Below, piece after piece: positions 12,206 through 26,638 of a stretch of 64,000 nucleotides of DNA (position 1 is the first letter of the stretch; the number at the start of each line of letters is the position of its first letter). The stretch comes from Polymyxa betae A26-41 (Eukaryota > Protista > Endomyxa: Phytomyxea): contig RBZT01000832.1 in assembly GCA_003693705.1 (NCBI GenBank), forward strand, positions 44,802 to 108,801, given 5' to 3'. Position numbers and translations under genes: made by a program. Under the pieces are notes generated by a model, which saw only the letters and a list, made by a program, of their open reading frames with translations, did not search any database and was not told where the DNA came from.

Positions 12206-14208
12206 TCATTTCTTCGATCGTAGAACGTTGCCAATTTCTCCAATCAGCTTGATATTTTTGCCAGAGTACAATGATGATAATTCAGATTCAGCTTGTTCTT
12301 TTAGAGACCTAGTATTTGCCACTTTCTGTTCAATCTGTAAACGTTCGTCATTAACCATCAACTCCTCGAAACTGTACTTACTTGATTCTGCAGCGGCAAG
12401 ATGTCTCCACGTAATTCTTCCGCACGCTGATGCAGACTTGCTGCCTTCTCGATGCACTTCTTTTCCAGTGATCTAGGAATCTCAAACAATGCAACCTGAT
12501 CACAAATCAGCTAAGCAGGACAGCTTTATGGGCTGAGCGACCAATCGATCCAAATAAGAAGGCGAAGCACGAATTTTCTGCAGTCTTTGAATATGTTCTG
12601 AATCTAATAGCGCTTGTACATCTGTGATATGCTTTAAGGCCCTTTCCGCCCAAAACCGGTCCCGAACAAAATACGGCATAACATTGCCCTCAACATGACT
12701 GGAAAAAACATCCAGGAATGTCTACCCAGCAGCTGAGAATGAGCATTTGACAGCAGTAAACTTCGATTACATCTGTGTTAAGTTCGGCGCAGCGTTGGGT
12801 CAAGAAGTATTGCAACTCAATAAGATCCGCTCGAACAGAGTTCCGAAACGAAGTATCCAGCAATGATACTTGGTCTTTGGGAGATGACGCACCGGGTTCT
12901 GGATATCATCATTATCAAATTCGGGTAACAAAACGGACTGGATAAAGCTTCAACCCTCGGAGCTAGCTTCAACAGGTTCGACACAGTTGATGTCCCACTC
13001 TTGATCGGCGCCAGATGGCTCGTCCCATTCGATTTCGACAATGTCATTTGGCTACATTGAGCTCAGAACAAGCTGGCTCCTGTAGTTCATACGGTACGCG
13101 AATATCCTCCGCCGAAGAACCCATGCAGAGTTGTAGAGCTTCGGCCGCTGTAACAGCAGTCTCTATTTTGATCAATCGTGACAGAGATCCCAATACATCT
13201 TAACCAGATTAAAAAAAAATGCATGTCAATATAACTGGCATTACCCGGCTTTTGTGCTGGCTTATCAGATCTGTCATCGGCATGATGTGTGAAGACAAGG
13301 AATTCAGAATAAAACGACAAACATTCTTGAACGACAGGTCTATTGAGCAAATTAGAACAATGTTTACAAACGTTAAATCCCATTGTTAACTTTTTCAGCT
13401 GAACCAGAATCTCTTGGTATAGATGTTGTAGTTTTGCTACTTGGGAACACAGCTGAGGTTTGGCAGGCAGCGAGGGATCGATCTGCACAGACCTGTCAAA
13501 AGCAAAGCCAAAAATAGAGGTCTGAAACTTACATCGTATCGTTTACAAAGTTTCTCATACTTCTCCTTTGCTAATAAAGAATGCCTTTCCTTGTCGGCAG
13601 CTTGCCTGTTGTGATCATCGATTGACTTCACTAAGAAGGTCAGCTCTGTGTTCAGTGCTGGGCTAACCCAATAAATCAAAGATAGCGCATCAACTGCTAG
13701 CTCTACTAACATGTCATATTTAACTGTTTGCAACAAACGTTGACAAATCTCGGCCAGATAAAGCTGCAGCAGCAATCAGGACAAGCCATTAAGAAAGTCA
13801 GACAAACACTGACATTATTTTTACGATATTCACTTCGAAGATTATCCCAAAGCCGAATTTTAGGATTATTGTACCGCCCAAACATGGATTTGACTGTTTG
13901 ACCACGAGCCTCTTCATCCTTAATCATCAGCTCTATGATTTCTTGGACTTCTTTGAACCCAACGACTAAGGGAACCAAATAAGTTCAAGCAGCCATTACC
14001 AATGGCTGAGAAAACCGGAAAAGAGTTAGTTACAATCAGCATTGACAAATTCCTGGAAAGCAGGTTGAGGCGGCAATGACCCAAGCTCGACACCAATTCG
14101 ATCTTGAACGGCATCCAGACGTGTCGCCCAATCTTTGGAAATCTTATTCCGATCTGATAACCATTGGCATAGTCGATCGTATGGGATATCAATAGCCTCA
14201 ATAGCCAT
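12206..14208 (-). CDS. CDK5RAP3: CDK5RAP3/C53 (UFM1-pathway adaptor), multi-exon
   Basis: AIDIPYDRLCQWLSDR; MFGRYNNPKIRLW..YRKNN/LYLAE..L.QTVKYD; IEWDEP/IKWD-type shuffled motifs; C-terminal ESELSSLYSGKNIKLIGEI. Confidence 0.88.
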
Positions 14209-14495
14209 TTGAATTTCTCCAAACAATCACGACAGGCTGGTGGAGTAAGCGGCCAACTATATCAATCTCCGTGATTGAAATCAGATTTGAAAGGACAGAA
14301 TTTTCGTTACTTTGACAGCGACTTCAAGAAAGGCCACTACTTAGTTCTTTTCATTCGATGTTTTTTTTCGTAACGAGACGAGCTCATAGGCAACCGTATT
14401 GTAAAGAATAAATCTGGCATTATTTTGGTGAGTTTATGAGCAAGGATTAAGTCGCTAAGACGAGCCGACGTATGGACAGACGTCAACAAGCTATT

Positions 14496-15750
14496 TTAAC
14501 CGTGTATTAGGCGTGCCTTATAAAAGTCCACCAACTGCTCGTATATAGTCCTAAAACTCGATTGATTCAAATGCATTGCAATGACGGAATAAATACAAAC
14601 CAGGTCATGGCATTAGACAAACCTCGCCTAAATAAACGAGGACCAACTCCACGAAATAATCCAGAGGCGCCGTCTTCACTGATAGTCCTCAGACACGTTG
14701 TTAATATGCCTTCGCCGCTTCCTCGAAGCTGTCAATCGACATAACTAGATAGTTTTACAACTTTGAACTGAGAATTACCTGCATTCGAGTTCTTATCACA
14801 TCAAAAGCTAAAAGGCCGATCACAACAAGTCTATAGCACAAACAGCAATAACTGCAGCTTACGGTGGGTTAAGGCTGTTCCGAGAACACCCGAAATGGAA
14901 CCAGATACCAAAGAAACAGTAGCGGACGATTCGTTGAAGTATTGTGAAACAATCGGCTTGATTTGAGTGAACAATAAAACATTAATCGAGCTGTAGGGGA
15001 CATCTCTAATTAAAGTCGGAATTAAACCTAGATTAACTAAGCAGACTTCTCAGACATTTACTCACAATATCACCTGCATAAAGGCCTCGAATGCCTTCTG
15101 TTTTTCCAATTGTAATAACGGCATCGATGACGCCTCGATAATTTTGATCTGTTACCAGTGCTGCCTCAAACCGTGTTTTGATCAAGGTGAGTGGATTTAG
15201 GACGATTGCCGAAATAGTTCGTGACAGTCCACCTGCAAGAGCTGCGCTCTTTAGAAACAAGATTAAAATGGAAAACAACTACATCAATGATATTATGTGG
15301 AATCCAACCTGTTTTGTCGGAACGCCTTGTTCATTTTTTACCAGCGTAAGATTGATAATGCTGAAATATAATCCAGCACCGACTGTCACGCGAGCCATTG
15401 ATGGAACTAACCCTCTCCAGAGCCTATCTATCAACTGAATTTCAGTTCACTAAATGCAGTAAAAAAAGTGTTCTTACCCGGTTAGACCTTGCGACTTCGT
15501 TACGTAAGCAGCTGCATCCCAAGATCTCCTAAAGACGACCGGTTTGTCGAACTGATCCGACCGAAACGTGCCGATCATTGTTGTTTTGATCACATCGAGA
15601 GGCTAAGCCAGTTTAAAACAGCGAGTCAACAACGATTAAAAAGATGTCAAAAACCTGAAGGATAACGGCGCCCAACAGACCGCTAGAGCAGCCGGCCAAT
15701 ACGTGAACCAGCGGAAGTCCATTCTTTGCTGCTGGTTGGGTATTTGACAT
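14496..15750 (-). CDS. SLC25A38: Mitochondrial carrier SLC25A38/Hem25-like (glycine transporter), multi-exon
   Basis: Three PxD/TxxKT carrier repeats: ILQPLDVIKT, LNPLTLIKTRFE and PFDVIRTRMQ. Also RDVPYSSI and terminal WTIYEQL. Confidence 0.82.
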
Positions 15751-15999
15751 GGCAGCCTGCAGCCAGCGTGGACAGCCACAGCGCTGCAAACTGGATTGGA
15801 GCACTATCTACCGATTGTCGAAACCGGACTGCGCGCTTTCGAAAAAGCTCGCTTGTGGCTTTTTACCGAATTCAAAGTATACGAATTCCAACAGCATCAA
15901 ATCGATAAAATCAGCATGAATTGGGAATTACCAGTCATTTATTGAATGAATTATTTTGTTTTTGGTAAAGCAATGTGTTCGACAGATAGAACGAATTTA

Positions 16000-17397
16000 T
16001 CACGGAATTTTAGCCATCGAAATTATATTCTGAAAGCTTAATCGTGTTGATTCTTGAAACAGAAGGCACTGGCCCCGAATTGAACACAACCGAACTGTAG
16101 GACATCTTGGCAAAGGCATTGAGCTATTGAAACCCTTACCTGAAAACTCAAGTTCGTTTTGCAGGATTTGCTTTGTAGTTGTAAGCATCTGCTCTAATTC
16201 TTGACATAATGTAGCTTCAATCGTTTTGGCTTGCTCTGATCGGTGCTTCAGGCTGTCCAACGTCGTTGATCTCTCTTTGTTCAACCACTGTTTATTGAAG
16301 TTGGAACATTTTTGGACTGAGATTCGCTGAATTACCTGGGTGCATAATTCTAGTTCAGCATCAGAAACCGAACGATCAGGAACTTTTTCACTATCGTATG
16401 GAATTACAGATGTTCCTTTGCTCAAATCGGCGGAATCCTCAGGACCGATCCGCTATAATGGTTCAAGACAAACCAATCAAATTTTTTGCAGTTATCTTGT
16501 GAATCTTTACCTCAGTTGCTATATCTTTTCGTTTAGGATCTGTCTCTACAGACTGTTTATGTGTGGAGAGCTTTCCCTGATCCTCTGAATCTTGATTCTC
16601 CTTTCTTTGAAGAAATGGTAGTAAGATGTCAATCCTGCGCGAAAGAATTCTTACATTGCAGTTAGTTTGGTCGTTCTCAGTAATACGGGCTGCTTCGTGC
16701 AAAGTCTTCAAAGATTTTAAATAACGCAAATGGTTGCAAGTCTGGTGCATTTACGTTGGTTTCAAAGATGGAGAGGAGGGAAGCCGATGCTATTGACGCT
16801 TTAAGCCAGCTCAGTCCAGTTCGAATCCACTGATTACCATATTTGTGATATTGGAAGGAAAAATTTGACCCTTCAGCCTCTCAGGAATTGACAGTTGCTC
16901 AGATTCGGATGCAGCGATCCTCTCTGAAGCCCCCACAGCGTCAGCTTGCTTGCCTTGAGAGGCTAAAAGGCCGAATTGAGAATCGGCTGTATTACAAAAT
17001 GCTTCAATTACATGGCTTTTTCATGTCCTGAAATGGTTTTACTCCAAGGCCATGAGCAGAAATATCACAGTCATTAGCATAATTTGTACTTATACTGGGT
17101 TGTGCAGTTTCAGGATTTCTAAGCATCGTTCTTGATTCCGGCCGCAACGCCGGGGATCCACTGCTAGATGTTGAACTAGACTTGTAATTTGCAGATTACA
17201 AACACTGTTGCGTTCTTTGCTTACTGTTGTTCCAGTCTCGAGCCTCCTTCTTTATCTCTGGTCGAAGCTCTAAGGTGATTTTCGAAGTCTGTGGTCTTCG
17301 CTAACTTTGTGGCCCTTAAGGGCGTTTCTGGATGTTTGACAACTTTTCTGAGTATGATTTCAGTCGAAGTACGGCTTGAGAATGAAGACTCACTCAT
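16000..17397 (-). CDS. Hypothetical protein, multi-exon, helical/coiled-coil C-terminus
   Basis: ATG at 17397 (MSESSFSSRTSTEIIL...) with GT donors. ORFs 16463..16750 and 16000..16425 are linked by a GT-AG intron. No family recognised. Confidence 0.5.
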
Positions 17398-17473
17398 CAG
17401 GTGCTTCTGGACAGTTCTTCGGCTCCACCGTCGGACAGTAGTTGGCAGCGGCTCCTTTGGCTTTCAAGAATGT

Positions 17474-19216
17474 ATGCTTGGGTATCAAGCTGTTAGTGTG
17501 CTTAGAAAATTGCCTGAAGCTCGCTCTGTAAATAAACTCAACAACTCAGCACTTGAACTTACTGCATACAGAATCCTTGGTCAGAGTCCTTAGAGTCAAG
17601 TCTAAATGATGTCAGAATAAGATTCGAAGCCTAATTGGATATACTTATAATCCGTATTCATTTGCTCAAACTTTAAGTCCTGGGTTGCACTAAACTGGAT
17701 GTCTCCCGCAAACCTATCCCAAACTCTGATAATGAATGCATTTCTACGTTTGACACACTGACTTCTTGGGCGGCCGAGAAAACTCGGTTCCTGGAGTTTC
17801 CGTTGCAAATTTGCTATTTGGTCGGCTCAATGATGATGAAGAAAGCGAACAGCCTCTAGACATACATAGGCATAAAGCTTGGCGGTTCCATATTGAGAGT
17901 GAGATGGTCATCTCGGTGACGCTTAGCTACCTGCGACGAGCCCAAGGCGATCTCGTCAGACGAACCTTCGATAGAATCCATTACGACTTTGAGAGCAATG
18001 GTAAACGAACGGACAAGTCAAATGCTTTCTAACTGGATTTGGGCACTTTATAGATGCCATGTTGAGTGTAACGTTGTCCATGTCAGAAGCCACTGACAGG
18101 TGATGAAATCCGACCCAAGGCAGCAGTGCTCTGCATTGAGGCAGCCGGCCTAACTTTGTAGTATCATAGTCTCTAAACCACAGTGTCAACTTCGATGATC
18201 TAGCCTGGCTGAAGGCTATGCGGGAGAGTTTCCGATCAAAAGGAAAAGTGATGTCGTCGCAGCAGCACGGTCCGGTATCACATTCGAAACCCAGAGCCAG
18301 CGGGATATTTTCAAACGCTATTCGGTCGAAGCTTATAAGCAAGCGTCTGTATGGTTTAAGGGCTAACGCTTGATATATACTTGACTGTGCCTTGTTTTAG
18401 TCCCTAATGGAAAGGTTTTGATGGAGTCGCCAAACAAAGATCTACATCATGCAGCGAAAAAGGCATCATTGTCCGGTCACGAAACAAAGGCGATCCTCTC
18501 GAAATCAGTGTCATTATCGAAATTGAACATGCTCACGAAAAACCGGCCCAACCATCACAACAGAAAAACCCAGATACGCTCATATCAAGACGGCGGTGAG
18601 GACTGTATCATTGCCAGTTTCGAATATTGATAGCAAAACAGCGTTTGAAGTCGTTGCACGTGCAAAACTGATTGAGATCGTTGACAAGCTGCGATTTTTG
18701 GGAGATGGAACAAAAACCCCAAAGTTGGATTGCCTTTCCAGCACTCCTTTGAGGCTATCACAAAGCTTCACTCGCAAGAGTCTTACGAAAACCCCACAAT
18801 CATTACGAACTTCTAATGGTTCGGGCAAAACGCCACAGGATCTGACCGAAACGCAGTCACGAAACCTTGTTGGCTCCAACACAACGCCTTGTTTGAGAAA
18901 AACATTTCAAACACCATCTGCTAACATAGGTGCGACACCACATGATATTTCCAAGCTGATGCGCGATGCTGCCTCGATACCCTTTCTAAGTGCTCCCAGA
19001 GACATCAATTTTAGTGAAGCAGCATATAGCCCATCAGGTAATTTTCAAGCACAAATATCATCATCCGAAACCATCACTATCGAAACTCCGATTCCTTCTG
19101 CTCAAAAGGGATTCGACTCTGAATCACAATATTCTATATCTTTACAAAAATTCAACGAGTTCAGATGGCAACCAAGATCTCCCGATGATTGCTGGCAGCA
19201 TTCAATTCTGTTTTAA
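17474..19216 (+). CDS. Hypothetical protein, multi-exon, with S/T-P-rich C-terminal half (start uncertain)
   Basis: Plus-strand exons HKAWRFHIESEMVISV.., VNFDDLAWLKAMRESF.., 18418..18595 and 18596..19216 can be joined by GT-AG introns. Many TP/SP sites. Confidence 0.45.
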
Positions 19217-19266
19217 CTTCATGAAAACCCAGTGCAGTTTATCTTATCTGATTCTTGTACGACGCA

Positions 19267-20239
19267 TTAATATTCTTTAGAAATTTCAAATGGTCGACGC
19301 TGGAACCTTAATGGAGTCTCAACCTTGGATAGCAAATCGAGGAAAAATGCAAGAACACTAATCAACATCAAGCTGATCACAATTCCAACTAGAATTTCCC
19401 AAGTTAAAAAATCGGAGGGCGACGCGCCGAGTTTCTGTTCCTAGAAAAATGTCAGCAAACGCAAACTAGACGCTTGACGGTTTACCTCTTTAGTGTCCTC
19501 TAAGACAGTCCAAACCTTTGACGGCAGCGGAGACTGAAACAGCACACCCAGATAGTTTCCAGAAGAGCTCTTATCAATGATATCAATAACATGGTGAACG
19601 TTTTCTGGCGTTAAACCATCCAGTTTAACTTTAACGACTGTAGGCTGTGATGGTAGCTCAAACTCCTATCAAACATAAAAAACATTCATTATGCAAAGCA
19701 ATGGTTGTACTTGATAGTTATTTTCGTCGATTAGATTAGAAGTAAACCGCGAATCAGCCTTTAGAATATCAGATCCCACAGAGCCATTCGATATTTCAAC
19801 AAGCGTCTGAGCTGATTCCAGTACATCATATAAACTGGAAGTGCCTGAGCTGCCGATTCAAATCATATAATAAAAGGGTTAATTTCAAACCAGAAGCTGA
19901 ATACGATCCTATGAGATAAGGAAGGTTTTGGTGCTGTTCAGATGTCAGAAGGACGATACAGGCAAGCGACTCTGCTTTATCAGAAAACCGCAATACATCT
20001 GCCTACGGTATCAAAATCAGCCTAATCGCATCACAGAAAGCTAAGCAAGATACATCTGGCGAGCACTGCGAAAGTGGTTGCAGGTTCGCAAAAGCTGTGA
20101 CAAAGCAAGATCCATCTCCTGCTTGAATGCGAGCTTGTTTATCGGTCAACAAACGTTTCGGACTCCAAATGACGACCTCTGCACAAATGCATTGAACGGT
20201 AATAGCAACTATCCATGAAACAAATATCAATCTGGCCAT
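19267..20239 (-). CDS. V-ATPase accessory subunit Ac45/ATP6AP1/Voa1-like type I membrane protein
   Basis: Signal peptide MARLIFVSWIVAITVQCICA followed by VVIWSP. The last exon FLTWEILVGIVISLMLISVLAFFLDLLSKVETPLRF...EY* matches the Ac45-VOA1 TM signature. Confidence 0.72.
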
Positions 20240-20433
20240 GATGATCAGTATAAAAAAGCCGCTATGATATCACCACCACCTCTGACTATAAGTGGCCATA
20301 TCCAATGTGGTTCCGCCTCTTAAATGCCAAAACATTCCGTTATCTGATAATATTGAAAAACGAAGAATCGGAATTTAATCATTTTTGTTGATGCCCCTCA
20401 TATAAGAATATCAGAGAAGGCTAAGAAACGACA

Positions 20434-21675
20434 TCATTGCTCGTCGAGATAGTTCTCCGTTATTAAGTGATCATAAAGATCCCGAATCTGCTCTGCTTTT
20501 TCAAAGCATTTCTTGTTTTTCTCCAAAAGCTCCTTATCGTTATGAACCCGTTTTTCACGTTTCGTTAAGACAATCTATACCAAATGATTAGAACTTGGAA
20601 CATCGCTGAATTTCGCCTACTTGGGCCCTTTTGATTTCTTCGAGAAGACGCAGTTGCGTATTTGACTCAATCTGATTGCGAAGAATTTGTAGGGCTCTTT
20701 CCTTGGCTTCAACTTTCTAAATTGAGGTTTCATTTCAGTATATTCGACGAACGATTACTTGGCTAAAACAAATTTACTTTGACTAACGAGGAATGAGATG
20801 TCTCAAGGGCTTGAAGTTCTGCTTGAGAATGCGATAGATCTTTCTCTAACATTGCGGCTGCTTCCAGCGAATTTCTAATTCAGTTTGGAAAAGCGTTGTT
20901 TTACATTCCAGATTGTTGACTAACTTGGCAATTTTGTTGCGTTCCATCTGAATCTGATTCTGAAAAATGACGATTTCTTTATGGATATTCTCGATGTCCT
21001 TCTGAACCACTTCAATGATTTGGTCGGAATAGGTCCGAATTCCGAATTTTTGGTTTTACCTCCTGGAGCCTTGACATTATTATGGTTCTTCTTGAAAGTG
21101 TTCTCAGCTCCAACTGCAACCGCAATCACCTCATCGAAACCCGCATTCATATCCTATTCCAGAGTTCACGTTTAAACTATTTTGTTTTCTTGAACATTAT
21201 ATTGACCTTTGCTGTCTGCATCAGCTTCTTATTCAATTGCTGATGGGATGCCATCTCCAACTGGGCATTCTGGATCTCAATCTTTAAATGTTTGATTATT
21301 TGCTGAATACGATTTGGATCCAGGTCGTCGCTTTCTTGTAGAAGAAGGCCACTCGCTGCCCTGTCAGATGAGTTATTTCTGCTCGGGCGTCTTCGTTCAG
21401 TTTTTAGGGCTTTTTCTTCGTTTGATTGATCGGAATGTTCTGCTGGTCTTTCTAAGTTTCCAACGACAGGATGTTCTATACCAGATTCCACTGTCTTCTC
21501 GTTCTGGAAAGCGTTTGCAGCGTCTACGGGTACTTAGGACCTTCACTAATCAGCACAGTTTCGACTCACTTGATTCTCCGAATTCTGGCCTCGTTTCCTT
21601 CTCTTGATCATCAGCATCGCTCTGAACACATTCTGGCTCGCTGTAAACGTCTTCACCTTCTTCGTTTTGGTCCAT
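20434..21675 (-). CDS. Hypothetical coiled-coil protein, multi-exon
   Basis: ATG at 21675 (MDQNEEGEDVYSEP), an acidic N-terminus and heptad-rich exons (IQQIIKHLKIEIQNAQLEM). The last exon ends ...NYLDEQ*. Confidence 0.55.
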
Positions 21676-22111
21676 TTACCTTGGAAAGCGCACTGATTCG
21701 ATAAGGAATTACTCAAAGCGTCGTGTGCCTGCAATTTTATAAATCTACAACGGGGATGTTTAATTTCTAGAAAGTTATCAATCACCATTGTCAAAACGCA
21801 AATTGCTCTAAAGTTTTTCAGTCACGATCGAGCTTTTAATCATTTAAAGTGATTTCAATTTGCATCACTCCATGTTAAACGTCGTGTAAATATAGATTAC
21901 TAGAGAATAGAGATGCATGAAAAATCCAAATTTCATTCAAAAAAAGTTTCCTCCACTGCAGTTTAACTGGATTGAAGGTAAGAAGTCGATTTGGATTGAA
22001 ACTTTGCCCCGGTTCTCACGCTATATCAATTCGTAATGCTTTAAAGCTAGCTGTGTGTAAACTGTTTCCTTTCAAGACGGGAATTGACAGATTTTCCTAT
22101 TCGCAATTTCC

Positions 22112-23255
22112 ATGACCTTTCACCAAGACCAAGGTCCAGCTTGGAATTGGTTCAATCATGTTCTTGGTGCTCCTCGTTTCATCTGCCCGCCAATGGTACG
22201 ACAGTCAGATCTGGTCTTTCGTCTGCTTTGCCGGCAACTCGGCTGTCATCTTTGTTTTACGCCAATGCTTCCAGCCAGCCATCTTGTGCAAGCCTGCCGT
22301 GAATGGCCAGACGCCATTCACGATTTCATTCGAACTAACGCTGAAGACCGGCCTTTGATCGCTCAGATTCAAGGAAATGACAAGGAACTGTTGGCGGAAG
22401 CTTGTCGTCTGCTTGGTCCATATTGCGATGGCATCGATCTAAATCTCGGCTGTCCACAATCATGTGCCAAAGTTGGGAAATTCGGTGCCTATTTACTTGA
22501 AGATGCCGATCTCATCGAATCACTAGTCGTGGCAATGGTGAAGGCCTCTCCTGTTCCCGTCTCTTGTAAAATTCGTCTGCTCCCTACATTGAAGCAAACA
22601 TTGGAATTATCGCAAAGGTCGGCTCATTTCATAACATGCGAAGGATACACATCTGAAACAGCAATCCAGAATAGAACGAGCTGGATGCAGCATGCTAACT
22701 GTTCATGGGCGGTTAAGGGAACAGAGCCATCATCAAGGAGCAGTTGATTGGGACGCGATCCGATCCATTCGCGAATGGTTGAGGATTCCTGTTATAGGAA
22801 ATGGAGGCATTAGGTCTAGACATGAAGCTGATGAGATGATAGCGAAATCGGGCTGTAATGGTGTAATGGCTGCAACTGCTTTGCTAGCAGATCCAAGTGT
22901 GTTTAATCATGAAGGATTGGATCTTCTGTATTTAGCTAAGCGCTATCTGGAGCTGGCTCAGAAATATCCCCCGATTGACAAAAAGTCGTGTAGGGACCGT
23001 ATTCTGACAATGTTTTGGACAACGTTGAGATCAAATGAGAATCTCGATTTATACGGATTTCTGCAAAACCGGCTTCTTGAGACACCCGAACAAGTATATC
23101 TCGCTTTAGGTCACTTTGCAAAGCGAATCCAACACCCAATGGCAGATGTCTGGTGGCCCGAACGTTTGCTATCGTTTCGGGATATACTTGATATGCACTC
23201 TGGAATCAGCGATAGTGAAGACGAGGACTTCTTTGAACACTTAAGTCAATTATAA
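22112..23255 (+). CDS. tRNA-dihydrouridine synthase (DUS1-like), 2 exons
   Basis: PPMVRQSDLVFR; DRPLIAQ; IDLNLGCPQ..AK.G.FGA.L; PVSCKIR; LTVHGR; PVIGNGGI. Intron at about 22618-22669. Confidence 0.93.
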
Positions 23256-23532
23256 TATGAATCTTCGTACATATATAGGGCTGCTTTATCAATAGGAAAC
23301 TGAACCCGATCCGGCAAGCAGATAGTTAACTTTTTCATCTCGGAATGGTTGTGAGAATCGCTGATTGGTTTGACAGCTGCGTTTGACGTCATTTTCTTGC
23401 GCAATTGTTGGTTGAATCAGATTCCGTGCGAGGGTCAAAGGAGGTAACTGGTAACACGAAGGAGGCCGCTGGACTACATCAGCTGATTCGCTGGGCCCGT
23501 TACATCTCCTGGCCTGTCCTGTTCATTCCCAA

Positions 23533-26396
23533 ATGAACACGTCAGCAACGTCAGATGGGGCACCGGGAAGTCCAATCGACATTGTCCGAGTAAGATTGCC
23601 TGGATGCATATTTCGGCTTGGTCCTGAATTCGTTAGGATCGGAACCGATCACAATCGCCATTGCGTATGTCAGCATTGGTGGATTCGGGGTGTGAATCGG
23701 ATTCCAAAGTTGCTGGAACTTTAGAACGCCAGCGACAAAGTTGTATCTCGTATCATGATCTGCAGAAAGCTACTTTGGACCGGGAAACGAAGCGACGATC
23801 CCCAGTAATCTCTTAAAAATGTGCTTTTGAGCTCAATTTAATGTTATTTTTAAGGAGATGGAGCGCTCCGAATTTTTGCCTGCTGGTTATCAACGTGTTA
23901 GAATCGAGGGTGTGTTGCCTTTTCCTACTTAGATCCGTCTTCCGGTGGCTCACCTAATCGTCTGCGTAGACGATGGTGTGGCACCTCCCGAGCTTGCATC
24001 ACTCTTGCGTACGGCCATTGATATTCGGCATCGATATTATGACTACAGGCTGAAAAGTGATTATAACTATGATAATGGTTTCGCAATTGGTGGTTTCTTG
24101 GAAGCATCATCTGATCCCGTGATCCAGATGAAGATCCATTTTCAGGGCGAATTCCTCCGCCATCACAACATGTGTTTGAGATGGTCGATGGTGTTGCTCA
24201 TGTTTGGGAGACCCCTGATAAGTCAAAGGATCCCATGCCTTTTCGTTCGGTCAAAGAGTTTTATGAAGACCTTGATGTACTTAGTTTCTACACTTTATCG
24301 TGTTTGATCAGTCTAATGTTTTTCTCTTAGGTCTTGAGTGATATCGTTGCAGATGGGCCAACCAAGACTTTTTGTTACAAACGATTGCAGATTCTTGACT
24401 CCCGTTTTATGATGCATACTACTCTGAATCAGAAGCTAGAGCTACAAGCGCAAAAGGTGGGAGATGTTTTTTTATTCGCCATCTAGTTAATCGTATACAG
24501 CTTGTCCCTCATCGCGACTTTTACAATGTTCGGAAAATAGATAATCATGTCCATCATTCAGCCTGTATGAACCAGAAACATCTATTGAGGTTTATTAAAA
24601 GAAAGTTACGAGTGGAAGGACATATTCCTGTCACTGAAAGGTTTGGTACTTCTTATCGCTTATGGAAAACTTATTCTGACATTTAGAGACGGACACGTAT
24701 TGACTTTGCGAGAGGTCATTCTCATGATGAGCTTTCATTGTTGATTTTTGTTGACCGATCTCAGGTTTTTAACTCTTTGAATTTAACTGAATATGATCTT
24801 AACATTGATGCGCTGGATATGCATGCACATCAAGACTCTTTCCATCGGTTCGATAAGTTCAATCTAAAGTATGTTTCTATTGTGGCGTTTTCGTTTTCTA
24901 ATTGATTCCAAAAGATATAACCCTATCGGGGAAGCTCGTTTACGTGAAATATTCATGAAAACGGATAACCGTATCAAAGGTCGATTTTTAGCTGAAGTTA
25001 CGAAAGAGGTATTTTCTGACCTTGAATCAAACAAATATCAGTTTGCTGGTATGGGCGCCTTCCACATGTATGTTCACTTGCTCAAGTTTGTACATAGAAT
25101 ATCGACTGTCCATATACGGGAAAAATATGAGCGAATGGACAAAGCTTGCTGCTTGGGTCTGCGAATCAAGATTGTCTTCGCCAAATGTCCGCTGGATGAT
25201 CCAGATTCCTCGTTTGTTTGCAGTCTATAAAGGCGCTGGATTGATTCAGACATTCCAGAACATTATTGACAATGTGTTCTTGCCATTGTTTTATGTTTCT
25301 ATAGACCCCAGTTATGATCCAAATTTACACAACTTTTTGAAGATGGTTGTTGCTTTCGATACTGTTGATGACGAAAGGTAACAGATTTCATTCTCTCTAA
25401 ATCATCCTAAATTCTACTTTAGTGCACGTGAGCCAGTTTTGTTTGCGAAATTTCCTCTTCCACAGGATTGGGATTTACCCATAAATCCACCCTATTCCAT
25501 GTGGTCATATTACATTTATGCCAACCTCCAAGTCCTTAACCGAATTCGAAAAGCTCGTGGATTTAACACCTTTGCATACCGGCCCCATGCTGTATGTTTA
25601 CAGCCGAGGAGCGATGGTATGTAATTGATTTTTTCCCATAGGGCGAAGCCGGTGATATCGAACATTTATCAGTTGCGTTCCTTACAGCGGAGTCGGTGAG
25701 TTGCGTTTTCTGATTCCCCTCGCAATATCATTACACTCTTGCAGATTGCTCACGGTGTTATGCTGAGAAAGAGCCCGGTTTTGCAGTATTTATATTATTT
25801 ATCTCAAATTGGAATATCTATGTCACCTTTAAGCAACAATATGCTTTTCGTTCCGTATGATAAGAATCCGGTAAGTGCACTCATCACCGAAATTAGCCCA
25901 TAATAAGCGGGGTTTAGTTTCCCAGATTCTTTTCGAGAGGTTTGAAAGTCACTCTATCTACTGACGACCCTTTATTGATTCACTTCACCAAGGTATTCTT
26001 GCTTTTATTTGTTTTCTCTTCACTCTGAAACTCTTGCTCTAGGAGCCGTTGCTCGAGGAATACAGTGTGGCAACCCAAGTGTGGAAGCTTTCCTCTGTAG
26101 ATATGTGTGAAATTGCCTGTACCAGTGTTCGCATCAGCGGATTGCAGCACAGATGTAAGGGTCATTGGCTCGGCCCTTCATATCGCAGCATTGGAGCTGC
26201 AGGCAATGACATCCGTTCAACAAATGTTCCCGATATCCGCGTATCATTTCGTCGAGAGATGTTTGAGGGAGAATTGGAAATTGTTTATGGGCGGGAATTC
26301 GTCAAGAACGGTGTCAAAAATGACCCAAGAATCTGGAATCCCGACCATTTGGACTATGGAAATGAAGATCTATCGAAGGGGCATAAATTTCTTTAA
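23533..26396 (+). CDS. AMPD: AMP deaminase, multi-exon
   Basis: [31 protein letters not shown]; [10 protein letters not shown]; [10 protein letters not shown]; EYRLSIYG; WMIQIPRL; RPHAGEAG; SPLSNN; LSTDDPL; EPLLEEYS. Confidence 0.97.
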
Positions 26397-26638
26397 AATT
26401 CTACTGTCTTAAATCAAAGTTTTCTGTTGGTTGCTTCGGTTTCTAAACAGTTATCGATCCTGAATTCTCATCATAACCAATTTTAGTTTTACCTCGTCGT
26501 AATCAGTGTTATGGCTGTACAATCGCGCCTGTTTTAAGTTTGATTCTTGTGCTGCAGCCTGCTGTTGTTACATTTTTGTCAGACTTTGTGCTACTGTACC
26601 ATAGAATGGACTGATTTTACATCATACTGCATGCAACT

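Noticed and set aside
17956-18342. 128-aa minus-strand ORF with CCC
   Set aside because: It overlaps a more plausible spliced plus-strand gene and has no ATG start, so it is probably a shadow ORF.
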